DNA of 64,000 nt, taken from contig NC_086097.1 in assembly GCF_963921235.1 (NCBI RefSeq), forward strand, positions 159,714,001-159,778,000, given 5' to 3'. Numbering within the stretch: the first letter of the stretch is position 1; every line of letters begins with the position of its first letter. The translations under genes and the position numbers were made by a program. This stretch comes from Mobula hypostoma. Lineage: Eukaryota. Below are positions 47,826-60,384 of the stretch, piece by piece. Below the pieces are notes generated by a model. It was not told the origin of the DNA, made no database searches, and was given only the letters and a program-made list of their open reading frames with translations.

Positions 47826-48400
47826 GTTTCTGATGCATCAACGCTGTCTTCGAAACACCTTAAATATCAGCTGGGAAGATAGAAGAACCAATGTCAGTGT
47901 GCTAAATGAAGCAAGGACATCAAGCATTGAAGCCTACATCATCAACAACCAACTAAGATGGAGCGGTCATGTTGTTCAGATGAAAGACGAATGTCTGCTG
48001 AAACAAATCTTCTGCTCTCAGCTTAAAGAAGGCAAACATAAAACAGGTGGACAACAGAAGAGATTCAAAGACGTCTTAAAAGCCAACATGAAGAAATGTA
48101 ACATCAACATCAACAATTGGGAAGCCAATGCCAAGGACAGGAAACTCTGGCAAGCCATCATCCGAGAAGGAACAGCACTTTCGAAGCCAACAGATGTGCA
48201 AAATTAGAAGAAAAGGGAAGAAAATGGAAAGAGAGGCAGCAACAACCAAAGCCCGATCTGCCATCTGGAACTACCTGTCCTGAAAGCGAAAGAACTTTCA
48301 AAGGCAAGATTGGACTCATAAGCCACTTGAGAGACCACAAGTAGATCAACAGAATGAAGACCATCATCCTCGACCTCGAGGGATAGCCACGATGACGACG
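47826..48400 (+). mobile_element. 5'-truncated RTE-clade LINE
   Basis: HQRCLR..ISWEDRRTN..QLRWSGHVVQM..GGQQKRFKD; degenerate C2H2 end (CPESERTF..GLISHLRDH); gatgacgacg tail; 9-bp TSD ttacactag (47817-47825, 48401-48409). Confidence 0.9.
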
Positions 48401-50109
48401 TTACACTAGTGGATTTGGTGGTGAGTGAGCAGTGAGCATGGGCAGTTTTTTGCTCTGAAGAAGTGAGAGCAACGAATTCTCCATATGGGTCTTTCCATAC
48501 TTGCTGTTTGACCTGCTGAGCACCTTCAGCGTCTTTATGTGTTGCTCTCAAGAAGTTTACAGCCTTTGCACAGTGGTCTTCTGGTTAATTGTCTTTTGTT
48601 TCATTTCAGGAGGTGGTCATATTCGAAACCAGAAGTATGATGGAACTTAGACCCTTTGTGAAATGTAAATATAGACGTTTTTAGAAATATCACCATCTTC
48701 CAAAATTTGTTGAGAGATTTTATGTTGGTGATCTAACATCAACCTGGTAGGGTAGCCCTGTTTTTCTCTCAAGTTCCTGACAGACTAGTTGATTATTTCA
48801 ATATTTCTGATTTCTAATACCTGGAATACTTTGTTTCTAATCCATTTTGAAAGGAATGCACATTAGTTGAAAGTAAGTGAAATGTTAATGACTGGTTAAC
48901 AACTCAGAGTAGATCATTTACAGATTAACCCCACTAGAATGATAAGAAAATGCTTTACCACAGGTTGTTCTGTAAATGGTGATAATAAAGGCTGCTATCA
49001 GTCATATCATCAATGACTACTGCTGGTTTAATGATGAACATTTTGCTGTCATTTCATCTTTAATTGTGCGTAGCATGTGTCTTTATGCAAGAAAGATCAA
49101 AGAAAAAACATTAGCTATTTTCACACTATAGATAAATGCTAATAGATGTATTTTCATTTCTAGTCTATTTTAGGTTTTATTACTCAAATTTTACTCGCAT
49201 TACGAAGCATTTAGTTGCCCAATAATATACATTGTTTTTCATTCTGATAAGTTTCCAAGTTGCCCATCTGTAAGTGTTATTACATTCAAAATCTTCTCAC
49301 TTGTGTGACAAAATTGTACTTATAACTTATTATCTGCACAGCTTGGGTTCCTTCATGTCAAGAGACTTCTGCAATTTGTAACCTATCTGGCCACTATCAC
49401 ACCACCTGTGTTGTTTCCCTTCTCACCCCCACGGCCAACCAAGCCACTTATTCTCCATTCCCTTCCTGAGTATTTTGTCATGTTTGAATTTCATTTTGTC
49501 CGCTAACCTTTGGACTCACAGCCTCACTAGTGCTTAGCCATCTACTGTCAGATCTACCTGAAGCATGTCAAATACCTCAAACTCTTGACTAATAATAACA
49601 AGTGGCTAGTGAGTCCATGAAGTCTATTTTGCTTCCTTACAAACCAGTTGGTTCCATTCCTTTCTCCTGCTCTATCCCTGCACATTATTTTCCCTCAAGT
49701 GATTACCCAATAAGAAACTGATGATTTCATTTCCGCCAGCCTTACAGGTAGTGATCTCCAGATCATACCCTTTCTCTCTTATCTTACCACACCTTTACTC
49801 AGTATTGTTTTCTATTATTCTCAATATGTCCTTGAAACAATTTCTAATGGGAGCAGCTCCTCCTCACTATGATAATTCCATGATAAATTTTTTCACTGTG
49901 CAGCTCTCCAGCGTTCTACCACATTTCTCATTCCCTGTATGAACTCTTTGCTGTTATCTGTCATCAAGCCTTGGATAACCTGCAACTTCATCCAATTATT
50001 GGTTCCATATTACCCCACCCTATCTCTCTCTATGCTTCCAGCTCATTCCCATTACCCTATTAGCTACTTTCAGCATCTGGTGACTCTGTAACTTCTGTCT
50101 CAGAGACTA

Positions 50110-50770
50110 ATTTCAGAACATCATTCAGGAGGGTGATTCATTACAAGGCATCAGGCCCTGTTGATGTACCTGGCTGGGTACTCAAAACCTATGACAACCA
50201 AAGGACTTGAATATTCAAGGACACCTTCAACCTCTCACTGCTGCACTCTGAGTTTCCCACCTGCTTCAAAAGGGCAGCCTCCATACTGATGCCCAAGAAG
50301 AGCAGGGTGAGTTGCTTCAATAACTATCACCCAGTCGCACTTTTGTCTGACATAATGAAGTGCTACTAGTGGTTGGTTATGGCTAAAATTAACTGCTGCT
50401 TGAGCAAGGACCTGGACCCACTACAATTCACTTACTGTCACAACAGGTGACAGTGGACGCGATCTCACTGGCTCTTCACTTAAACTCGCACCACCTACAC
50501 AACAGTAATAGATACATCAGGCTGCTGATTATGAATTACAGGCTAGCATTCAACACCATCATCCCATCTGTACTAATTAACAAGCTTCAAGACCAAAAAT
50601 GCCTGACGCAGGCCTCTCATGGTCTGAGTCACGTTCCCTCCCTCCCCTCCCCAAGACCTGGGACCTCCCTCTGAAACTGGATCTTGGACTTCCTCATCAG
50701 TGCACATCAGCAATAACAGCTCTTCACTGGCAGTCAACACAGATATTCCTCAGAAATGCATGCTCAGGGC
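50110..50770 (+). mobile_element. Decayed Rex1-like RT fragment
   Basis: TVDAISLALH...YIRLLIMNYRLAFNTIIPSVLINKL; gacctggacccactacaattc (DLDPLQF). Confidence 0.75.
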
Positions 50771-51409
50771 CTTGGATCCTGCACTGAGTCTGACCTATAG
50801 GTTGGGAAGTTGCAAAACAAAAGAGGCTTCAGATAGACCACTGGACTTCAGCTGTGGAACAAACTGACTGTTCACATCCTCTGAATCTGCCAGTGTCATA
50901 GACAGTCACATTTAACAGAATATGTGTGATTAACTTTAATTTAAGCGTCTGAATGACAAAGTTTCTTTTTTGAATAGCAAACAGCAAGATCCTGCTCATA
51001 ATCTCAGGTTGAACTGAATATTTTATAATGTCAGTCCTCCATTCCACATTAAGCTGAGTCCACATAGTCTTATCAGAAATGTAGTCTAACTCTGCCTCTT
51101 CATATCACTCAACTCAAACCTGCCTCAGTTTTTTACCATCTTTCAGAACGGCGCAGATTAAAAAAAACCTGATAAGAGGATTATGTGTCCCAACTTCGAT
51201 GGGGACTGTTAACTTGGAGAATAGCGTTTGAAATCAGCAAAAGTACTGGCATGATGAAGGGTTCGAGGGACTAGATAAAGACTACAGCAAAAAGAAATGT
51301 TAGCAATCATCAGCAAGTCAGGCAACATCTGTGAGGAGATTACTTCAGATTAATAAAATATCATGAAAGGTCATTGACCTGAAACATGAACTCTGTTCTT
51401 CACACATGT

Positions 51410-52760
51410 TAGCCGTTTTAATTCTCTGTTCCATTCCCATGCCAGAATGTCATTGTTTGACCTCTTCTATTGCCAGAGTAAAGCTAAATGCAAACCAGAG
51501 TAACAACACTTACGTTCTTCCTGGATAGTCTACAACCCGCTTGCATAAACATTCAATTTTCCAACTTTCAGTACACTGCTCCCTTCTATCCCTTTCTTTT
51601 CCATCTTGATCTATCGAGTTCCTATTACAACCACCCTAGTCCTTATAACTATGTCTTTCTCCCCTCCTCAACCCAATCCATATACTCATTACTGTCACAC
51701 TTCTCCCACTGGTTTTCCTCCCCCACCATTCTCATCTTCCCTCTCCAGCTACATACTTTGCTCTCATCTTCTGTCCTTTGTCACTGCCACTTATTGCCTT
51801 ACACTGTTTCCTCTCTGTCCTCCCCCAACTACCCTTCATCCCTCCTCATCTTATTCCACCTTTCACCTGCCAGCTCTTGCTCTGCTCTTTCCCCCACCTT
51901 TTTATACTGGCTATCTTCCCTCCATTTTTCAGACCAGATGAAGGGCCTGGACCTGTCCATTTCCTTCCGTAGGTGCTGCCTGACTCGTTGAGTCCAGCAT
52001 ATTGTGCATTTCTTCACAGATGGTGCCTTTCTCCATATATAGATGAAAAGGATGTTCAACTTTTTATCTACAGTACTGCATCTGCAGTACTTGGTTGGAA
52101 TAATCTGAGGACCCCCCCCCACCCCACACCTCAGAAAGTACTCATTCATTTAATTTACACTGAAGCTTTAGGAACCCGGTTGAAACTAACACAGTGTTTA
52201 TCTCACCATAGCCTCCTCTACTACAAAGATGAGGCCAAATTCAGATTAGTGGAACAGCACCTCATATTCTGCTTTGGTAGTCTCCAGTCTGACAACATGA
52301 ATATTGATTACTTTAAATTTCTAGTTGCCACCCCCCTCCCAATAGTTTTCCCTTGATCCCACTGTCCCCATTTCCCCATCTCTTTCCCCTCTCCTGCAAT
52401 CATGATCTGCCCTTCCTTCATGCATTCCTCCTACTCATTCCCCTTTTCCTTTTATTCCATGGATCACTATCCTGTCTAGTCAGATTCTACCTTCTTCAGC
52501 CCTTTGAAACTTTCAGCTATTACCTCCCACCTTCTGATATTATTCCCACTCTACCCCTTCCTCTCCTACCTATCACCTCCCTCACCTGAATCTACCTATT
52601 ACCCACCAGCTTTGCTCCACCCCTTCCCCTACCTTTCCATACTGGCTATCTCTCCTTTCCAGTCCTCATGAGATGTTTCAGATGAAGTGTTGACTGTCCA
52701 TTTCCATCCATTGATGCTGTCCGATGTTCTGAGATTCTTCAGCTATCTGTGTGCTGCCAC
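51410..52760 (+). mobile_element. Two successive old Penelope-like 3' remnants (about 51410-52010 and 52200-52760)
   Basis: FFLDSLQPACINIQFSNF and RLVEQHLIFCFGSLQSDNMNI GIY-YIG ends, each followed by a C/T-rich tract and a degenerate HHR tail. Confidence 0.7.
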
Positions 52761-53143
52761 CAGGTACATTAACGGATTTGCCACAAAGCTATTGCAAGTA
52801 CATTGCCAGACTGATACACAAGCCTTTCTGGCCTCTGTTTCCTGTGAACATGAGGCAGTCAAAATGTCCTATGAATTAGACAAGCAACTGTTACATAAGC
52901 AACATAAGCATTTTGTGGACATAAACATCTGTCCTCTCAAGTCTGCTGTGCAATTCAATAAAGACCACAGCTGATTTGATTGGGAATTCAACATCACTTT
53001 CCAATGGTTTCTCATACTTCTTGACTTAAGTACTTCAAATATCTCATTTTCCACGTAAGTATACTTGCTGGTCTTGAGAATTCCCAACACTCATAACCTT
53101 CTGAGAGAAAATTTTTCTCCTGTTCTCAGTCTGAATTGGATTG

Positions 53144-53395
53144 TGTTGTGTATTTAATATTTCAGTAATATTTGAGTAATATTATAAATATATTGTCTAA
53201 TTAAGTATTCTTTGTTGTTTACATATTTCTTTATGGGTTATATGTAAAAGTACTGTACATGAATGGCAGACATCATTATGCCACCACATCAAATGTTCAT
53301 GCCTCACCAAAGTTAAAATGAAACTAGGCATGTTAGCCCCAGCTCCATGTTTTTCTTTCAATTAGTTTTTGGTTTCGTAGTTACAAAACATAACA
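53144..53395 (+). repeat. Gypsy 5' LTR
   Basis: tgttgtgtat...aaaacataaca, colinear with 59270-59515. Confidence 0.92.
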
Positions 53396-53396
53396 G

Positions 53397-53406
53397 TGGC
53401 AACAAG
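53397..53406 (+). promoter_or_regulatory. Primer-binding site, CpG-decayed TGGCGACGAG (tRNA-Ser GCT type)
   Basis: tggcaacaag 1 nt after the 5' LTR. Confidence 0.6.
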
Positions 53407-54493
53407 TAAGTTTTAAAGTAAACCCAAGATGTTCAAATGTTTAAAAAAAGTGCAGTACCACTTTCTTCGCAAGACAGAAGAAAGGGTTGAGTTTTTTTTA
53501 AAAAAGCTCATCATGTTGTTTCCTTGGAAAAGGAGAGATGGTCAAGTTTTAAAAATATGGCAGGAAATAGACAAGATTCAAGAGTTCATTAACAGTGACA
53601 ACTGGGTAATAATAATCATACATTAAAAAAAACAGAAATGGCTGGCTAAATCAGAAAGATAGATGCATTTAGTTGTACAAGAGATAATTGTATATTGAGA
53701 GAATTGGCCAGTATTTTGGAGCAAATGAAAAAATCATAGAGAAATGAGTGCCAGTTTTACTGAGTGTAATAGGTGGGAAAGCAAACAGTTTGCTTAGAAG
53801 TTTAACTGCTCCAACCAAGCCAGCCAAAATTAGCTTTGCTAATATAGTGAAATCAGTGCAGGAACATTTGGAAACAAAACCATTGTTGGGTACAGAACTC
53901 ACTAGCTTTTCTAAGTGGAATCAAAAGAAAGGGGAGTCCATTTCAGTGTGTTTTGCTGAATTGAAGAAATTGCCCAAGCGTTGTCATTTCAGTGTTGGGA
54001 TTAATGATGTTCTGAGAAATTGTTTGGTTTGTGGAATTTTAAAAGAAATTATTCAGAAGTGGCTTGTAACTGAAGCACAACTTGTATTTAAAAGTACGGT
54101 TGAAATTACTGTATTGGGGAAACAGCAGAGACACAACTGAGTTGCAGTCAGAAATGAACGTGAGAGTGAACAAAATTGCAAGGTCAAAACAGAAACTGGC
54201 CTGGCCAAACAAACTGTGTTACCATTGTGAGAGGTGCTCACAATCACCAGACCGATACAGGTGTAAAGGCAAAACTTGCAGAAAATGTCACAAAGACATA
54301 TACAAGAAGTATGTCAGGCAGACAAAAATAATTGGAATGCACAGAGAGAGAAAAAAAGATAAAAAGTCAAGTTTCAGTTTCAAAAAGAGCACTATTCTGC
54401 ATGCTGTAGACACAAAATCTGAAAATGATGAGCATGACACAAGACTAAGTAGTGTTGAGACTTACTGTGTGAAAATTAACAACAGACAAGCAA

Positions 54494-54669
54494 ATCATAA
54501 ACAGGATAAATTCTGCAGATGCTGTAAATCTAAAGCAACACACACAAAATGCTGGAGGAACTCAGCAGGTCAGTAGCATCTATGGAACTGAATAAACAGT
54601 TGATGTTTCAGGCCAGGGCCATTCTTCAGGACTGGAAATAAAGGGAGAAGAGGCCAGAATGACAAGGAG
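54494..54669 (-). mobile_element. Penelope-like hammerhead tail inserted near the Gypsy gag/protease boundary
   Basis: ctgcagatgctg...gctggaggaactcagcagg; minus-strand agtcCTGAAGAatggccctggcctGAAAcatcaact at 54598-54633. Confidence 0.8.
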
Positions 54670-55513
54670 TATGGCTTAATCCAGAAGTAAACAGCAAAAT
54701 GCTATTGGTCACTGACTCATCTGTTTCAGTCGTTCCACAAAATGAGTTTGAATGGCACATCAAAGATACTTAATTGAATCCTGCAGCTACCTGAGAACTT
54801 ATGCGAAAGAAAAGTTAACTTGTGGGAATGACGTTCCTAACAGTGAAGTCCAACAACTAATATGCCACATTGGGCTTGTATGTGGTAAAAGCAGGAGGGC
54901 CAGAACTGTGGGGGCATGATTGAATGAGACAACTACAACCAGACTGGAGATCCTTTTGCTATTTGCATGCCAGATCCTCTGCAATACAATCAATTGAAAT
55001 CGAATTAAGAAAGGTACTAGATGATGACACAGCAGTGGTCTAGGATGGCATTGGAAAACTCGATCATATCAAGGGTATAACAGTGCTAAATGAAAATGCT
55101 ACAGCCAAGTTTTACAAAGCCAGTCTGGTTCCTTATACCATCCGTGATAAAGTAATGTGTGAGGTAGATCAAATGGAGGCTGAAAGAATTCTTTCCAAAG
55201 TTGAGTGTAGACAAAAAGAATGGGTCTGTCAGGGTCTCTGCTGATCTTAAGGTTGTCACCTACCCAGTACTGAAAGTAGATCAATTCCCTCTGCTTGGGA
55301 TAGAGGATATCTTTGCAAATCTCTCTGGAGAGCCACACTTCAGCAAAGTGGACAGCTAGACTTGGAAGCAAAATGTTTCTCACCATAAATATTCACAAAG
55401 GGCTTTATTGCTGCAATAGGCTTATCTTTGGAATAGAATCTGCACCTGCACTCTGGCAGAAAACTATGGACCAGGTGCTGCAAGGCTGCCCAGGCGCTTA
55501 GTGTTACCTAGAT

Positions 55514-56146
55514 CAGTGGTCCCCAACCTCCAGGCCGCAGACTGATACCGGGCTGCAAAGCAGGCAGGGGTGCAGTGGTAGCCGGAATGCACCCAGCACA
55601 TCTTTAAGAAAAAAGCCGAAATAAGCAAGCTAATTAATTAGGTGCCGCCCGGCACGTAACTGTCAGCCCAGATCAGAGGCGATTGCCGATTTCACATGCT
55701 CTACACGACGTTCACTCCTTTTTCCAGGGCGCTGGAGCCTTTAGCTGTTCCATTGTTTGGTCAATTTAAATGCCAGCCCAGACAGGCTGAAAAGACAGGG
55801 CTGTCAGGATCGAGGTAACATGTTGAATCTACACAATCTTCTAAAAATGTATAGGCGCTGCTGTGCTTTCTTTGTAATGACAGTTACATGCTGGTCCCAG
55901 GAAAGATCCTCTGACACTTTTCAGAAAGAGAAACATCAATCCTTAATGCTGAAGAATTTAAAGTTATTGATCCTCTCCACCTCAGTTCCTCTAATAAAGA
56001 CTGGCTTCTGGGCGGCACCTAATTAATTAGCTTGTTTATTTTGGCTTTTTTCTTAAAAATGTGCTGGGTGCACTCTGGCTACCACTGCACCCCTGCATGC
56101 TTCGCGGCCCGGTATCGGTCAGCACCCCAGAGGTTGGGGACCACTG
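55514..56146. mobile_element. hAT (Charlie-like) non-autonomous element with about 135-bp inverted termini
   Basis: cagtggtccccaacctc...gaggttggggaccactg; TSD acctagat / acctag(ca). Confidence 0.9.
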
Positions 56147-58343
56147 ACCTAGCATTGTTACCAGTAAGGATGACAAGAAACATCTCCAAAATCTCAAGAC
56201 AGCCTTAACAAAATGAGAATGTAATGGGCTCAGAGCACGATGCAGCATGTGTGAATTCTTTAAACCAAACATCAATTACTGTGCTCACACCATTGACGCA
56301 CAAGTTTTTACAGAAGTGAGCTGAGAAATTTCAAGCAGTGGTGGATGTCCCAAGCCCAAAGGATGTATCACAGTTGTGGTCCATTTTAGGATTTATCGAT
56401 TACTTCAACAGGTTGCTGCCAAACCAGGCTACTGTGCCCCCCACCCTGCAAACTCCTTACTATAGATCAGGAAGAAATGGCAATGGACAATGTAGCGTGG
56501 GGTGGCTTTCCAAAAGACAAAGGAAATGGTGACATCAGACACTGTACTCACACATTATGATCCACAACGTCCAGTGGATCTTACATGTGACGCCTTGTCT
56601 TATGGTATAGGTGCAATTATGTCACATGTTATGAGCGGTGGAAGTGCCACTGCAGAGAAAAGTTACACATGGATTGACAGAGAGGCCTTGAATCTGGTTT
56701 GGGATGTAAAACATTTCAACCAGTACCTGTATGGGAGAGAGTTTACCCTCATTACTGATTATCACCCACAATTGTCCATTTTCAATCACAGAAGGGTGTT
56801 CCACTAAGAGCAGCAGCACAAATGCAGAGATGGGCTCTGTTTCTAGGAGGACACAATTACAGGATCAAATTCAGGATGATGACTAATCATGGAAATGATG
56901 ATGGATTGTCCTGTTTGCACTTGAAAAGGAAATACGTGAAAATTTTACCAAAGAGGACACTCATCTTGGTATTCTCCCTAATGGAATCAGAAGTTTCCCT
57001 ATTATGTCAGGAGATGATCCATAGCAAAAAAGATCCTTCACTATCTTAAGTCTACGTGGCCACACAAAATAGCTGAAATGTACACAGAAATTGCGGTTCC
57101 CCCACTTTCACCAGCACCCTTGACTGGAGTTGCCTTATGTGGGAACTGAGAGTGGTTATACCATCCGAGCTGAGAGCTAAGTGTTAGAGGAGCTACATGG
57201 CAGTCATCTAGCCATGGTCAAAATGAAAGCACTTGCTCAAAGTTTTATCTGGTGGCCTGGGATAGATCAACAGATTGAGCAGCTTGCCATGCACTGTTCA
57301 GGATGCCAACATGTCCAAAAGATGCCATGAGTAGTGCCTCTCCATCCCTGGGAATAACCTGCATTTCACTGGCAGATGATTCACATGGATTCATGGGCAC
57401 AGATTTCTTGGTTATAGTGAATGCAGTACATAGTGGCCAGAGTGTTCCCAATAGCCTCCATGACAACCTCGCACACTGTTGATGTGTTGAGACACCTATT
57501 CTCATGGACTGGTGTTCCAGAACACTAACTGTCGTGGAACAGTTATATCATTCCTGAAAATGAACAGAATAAGATGAATTACATCTGCACTGTACCACCC
57601 AGCTAAAAATGGCTTGTCAGAAGGGTCTGTCCAGAGTCTAACTAGCGTGCTGCAAGCAATATCAGCAGAACATGCTACACAGACACTGAATCAGAAGTTT
57701 GCTAATTTCCTTCTTGCATATTGCAGTGCAGCACACTCCACAACCAACAACCCACCAGCTATGTTGTTCCTGTGTCATCCCTTGCTTTCAGTGAACATAG
57801 AACAATGAAAACCTATGCTTAGATCTCCTCAAACTCAATCTTAGGAGGAGTATGCGGGACAGACAGTTGAGAGGAAGTGGAGGCTGTTCAAACAAGGAGG
57901 TTTGATGTTGTACTCCTGGACAAGCAGACCAGACAAAGTGCTACAGAGATGACCAAGAGTGAGTTCTTGGAAAGATTATGGACAGAACTGGACCACCCTC
58001 CTGTACAATGGAGACTGTGTCTAATATCATCTGGAGACAGCACATCGATCAGTGGTGGAGAGCAGAATCAATTGTTAGAGAGGAAAGGTGGCCAGAACTG
58101 TCAGAACCACTTCCTGCTGTCCCAGAATCAACTCCTATAAACACCATGGTGAGGGCCCGGAACCCTAGACTGTTCCACAGCCACAAGTCTCAAATGTAAA
58201 ACAGAGTGACCCCCTTTGACAGGAAAGTCGTTATCCCAAAAGAGTAAGAAATCATCCATGCAAGTGCCTTAGGCCTGAAAATTTTAAGTTTGCTATGCAG
58301 TGGATTTCAATATAGTTGTTTTATTATATATCATATTATGTAT

Positions 58344-59200
58344 TGTTACGTACCCCGTAACTGGGTTGCCAAACCAGCAGAAATGGATCACTCAGTTGGA
58401 GTCTGGAGTACTAGAACTAAGAAAGTTTTATTAAAGAAACAAGCAACACATTAATCGAAAGGATAATAAATGCAACAGTTCAGCGATGATAAACGCACAT
58501 GTGCACAGAATTAAGATAACCGCATCAATCAAGCTCTATCGTTGTCTAGGGGTAAATGACCAATTTCAAAATGACTCAAAGTTCAGTCCAGTTTGTAGTT
58601 CAGTTCGCAGTAATCGTTGTCATGGCGATGGACAAGGTGGGGAAGAGAGACATAGAATAGGAACAACTCATCATTCAGCACAGCTTCACTCACAGACCAG
58701 CGAGATGGCTCACAAACAGCATTTGGGCGGGTCCTTGGTGATGTCACCTGAGGTCACCGACTGTGGCCCCTCCTCCAGATGCGGTCGATCCTCTGCAGTG
58801 AACCCGGCACCCAGGCAAGGGCGGACACACACCGGGTTCCCGCTGATCGTACCTTTCCACCCTGGTCGTTGTCTGGCACTTCTCACCCACTCGTGAGAAG
58901 CGTACCGCTTCCAGGGTCTCGTTACCTCGGGTGGCGTGTGTGTCTGTCTTAGCGAACCTGTCCCTTTTTATCCCCCTGCTGGGGTATCGCCTGTCCATCA
59001 CTTCAAACAGTTCAGGGTTCAAAGGGGGAGCCGCTCCAGACAGCTCTTCCTCCCACATCCCTTCATTACACATCTCCAGACGCTGCTCCATTGTTCCTTA
59101 TCTCTCCTTCCCCTGAGGGCAGGTGGCAGACCAACTGCTGATGCCACTGATGCTAGCCCAGGCCAGCAAACATCTTAATTTTATGTGTATTCTCGTAACA
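58344..59200 (-). mobile_element. Solo LTR, 857 bp, same family as 9137-9973
   Basis: tgttacg...cgtaaca perfect 7-bp inverted termini; 4-bp TSD gtat (58340-58343, 59201-59204). Confidence 0.92.
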
Positions 59201-59260
59201 GTATGTATATGTATTTAAATTAAGATATATTCTATATTGAGTTGGAGTTTATAGCTAAGC

Positions 59261-59269
59261 AGGGAGGGG
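59261..59269 (+). promoter_or_regulatory. Polypurine tract
   Basis: agggagggg immediately before the 3' LTR. Confidence 0.75.
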
Positions 59270-59515
59270 TGTTGTGTATCTAATATGTCAGTAATATTTA
59301 AGTAATATTGTAACTATATTGTTTGATTACAGATTCTTTATTGTTTACACAATTCATTATGGGCTATATATAAAAGTACCTGAATTGCATATGTCATTAT
59401 GCCACCACATCATATATGCATGCTTCACTAAAGTAAAACAAAACTGGACACATTATCCCCAGCTCTATGTTTTTCTTTCAATTAATTTTCTATTTTGGAG
59501 TTATAAAACATAACA
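59270..59515 (+). repeat. Gypsy 3' LTR
   Basis: tgttgtgtat...aaaacataaca. Confidence 0.92.
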
Positions 59516-59685
59516 GGTTGTCTCTTATTCTGAAAACATACATCATCCTTTGAGATACTCACACAGGGGTATTCTTACCATCCATTCTGCTCATTCTCCT
59601 CAGATTCTTTATCAATAAACTCATGTTTTCAGTTTAAGTTCATAGAGCATACCTCTAGTTTCAATCCCCATCTATAAGCAAGATA

Positions 59686-60231
59686 CACTCAGCTGGCACT
59701 TTATTAGGTAATGACTGTAGCTAATAAAATGGCCACTGAGTGCATGTTTATGGTCTTCTGGTGCTGTAGACCATGGTTCAACATATTGTTCATTCAGAAA
59801 TGTTTTTCTGCACACCACTGTAGCAATGTGTGGTTATTTGAGTTACTGTCATTTTCCTATCAGCTTGAATTAGTCTGGCTATTCTCCAACCTCTCTCATT
59901 AACAAGGTGTTTCTGCCCACAGAACTGCTGCTCAAAGGATGTTTGTTTTCCTTTGTTTTTTTGCACCATTCTCTGTAAAATGTAGAAACTGCCATGCATG
60001 AAAATCCTTGGAGACCAGCAGTTTCAGAGATACTCAAACCACCCTATCAGGCACCAACAATCACTCCATGATCGAAGTCAGTTATATCACACTTCTTCTC
60101 CATCCTGATGTTTGACCTGACAAATTTCTACATGCTTTTATGTATTGTTTTGCTGCCACATGATTGGCTGAATAGATATTTGTATTAACAAGCAGGTGTA
60201 CAGGTCTACCTAATAAAGTGGCTACATAGTG
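59686..60231 (-). mobile_element. Non-autonomous Tc1-derived element with a terminal TIR hairpin
   Basis: TA-flanked; homologous to 5167-5691; hairpin cactcag..ctttattagg...ctaataaaatggccactgagtg at 59686-59742. Confidence 0.85.
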
Positions 60232-60240
60232 TATATCAAT

Positions 60241-60384
60241 CTTCCTTCAGTTAGTCCTGACGAAGGGTCTCGGCCTGAAACGTCGACTGCACCTCTTCCT
60301 ATAGATGCTGCCTGGCCTGCTGCGTTCACCAGCAACTTTGATGTGTGTTGCTTGAATTTCCAGCATCTGCAGATTTCCTGTTGT
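60241..60384 (+). mobile_element. 144-bp Penelope-like 3' terminus insertion (hammerhead + tail)
   Basis: Near-identical to 16994-17137; perfect 14-bp TSD tagtgtatatcaat (60227-60240, 60385-60398). Confidence 0.93.
60253..60288 (+). ncRNA. Minimal type-I hammerhead ribozyme (GUC triplet)
   Basis: AGTC CTGACGA AGGGTCTCGGCCT GAAA CG TC GACT. Confidence 0.87.

Larger units (their letters stand above)
53144..59515 (+). mobile_element. Full-length decayed Gypsy LTR retrotransposon (Mag-like) with three nested insertions
   Basis: Paired LTRs, TSD gattg/ggttg (53139-53143, 59516-59520), gag (LLSVIGGKANSLLRSL; CCHC-like), RT ([25 protein letters not shown]), RNase H (TCDALSYGIGA), integrase HHCC (FIWWPGID..C..C). 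Confidence 0.93.

Noticed and set aside
51488..51991. 167-aa ORF and neighbours
   Set aside because: Low-complexity C/T-rich Penelope 3' region
58486..59178. ORFs of 60-136 aa within the solo LTR (also 9474-9812)
   Set aside because: Not conserved in frame between the two LTR copies; no domain motifs
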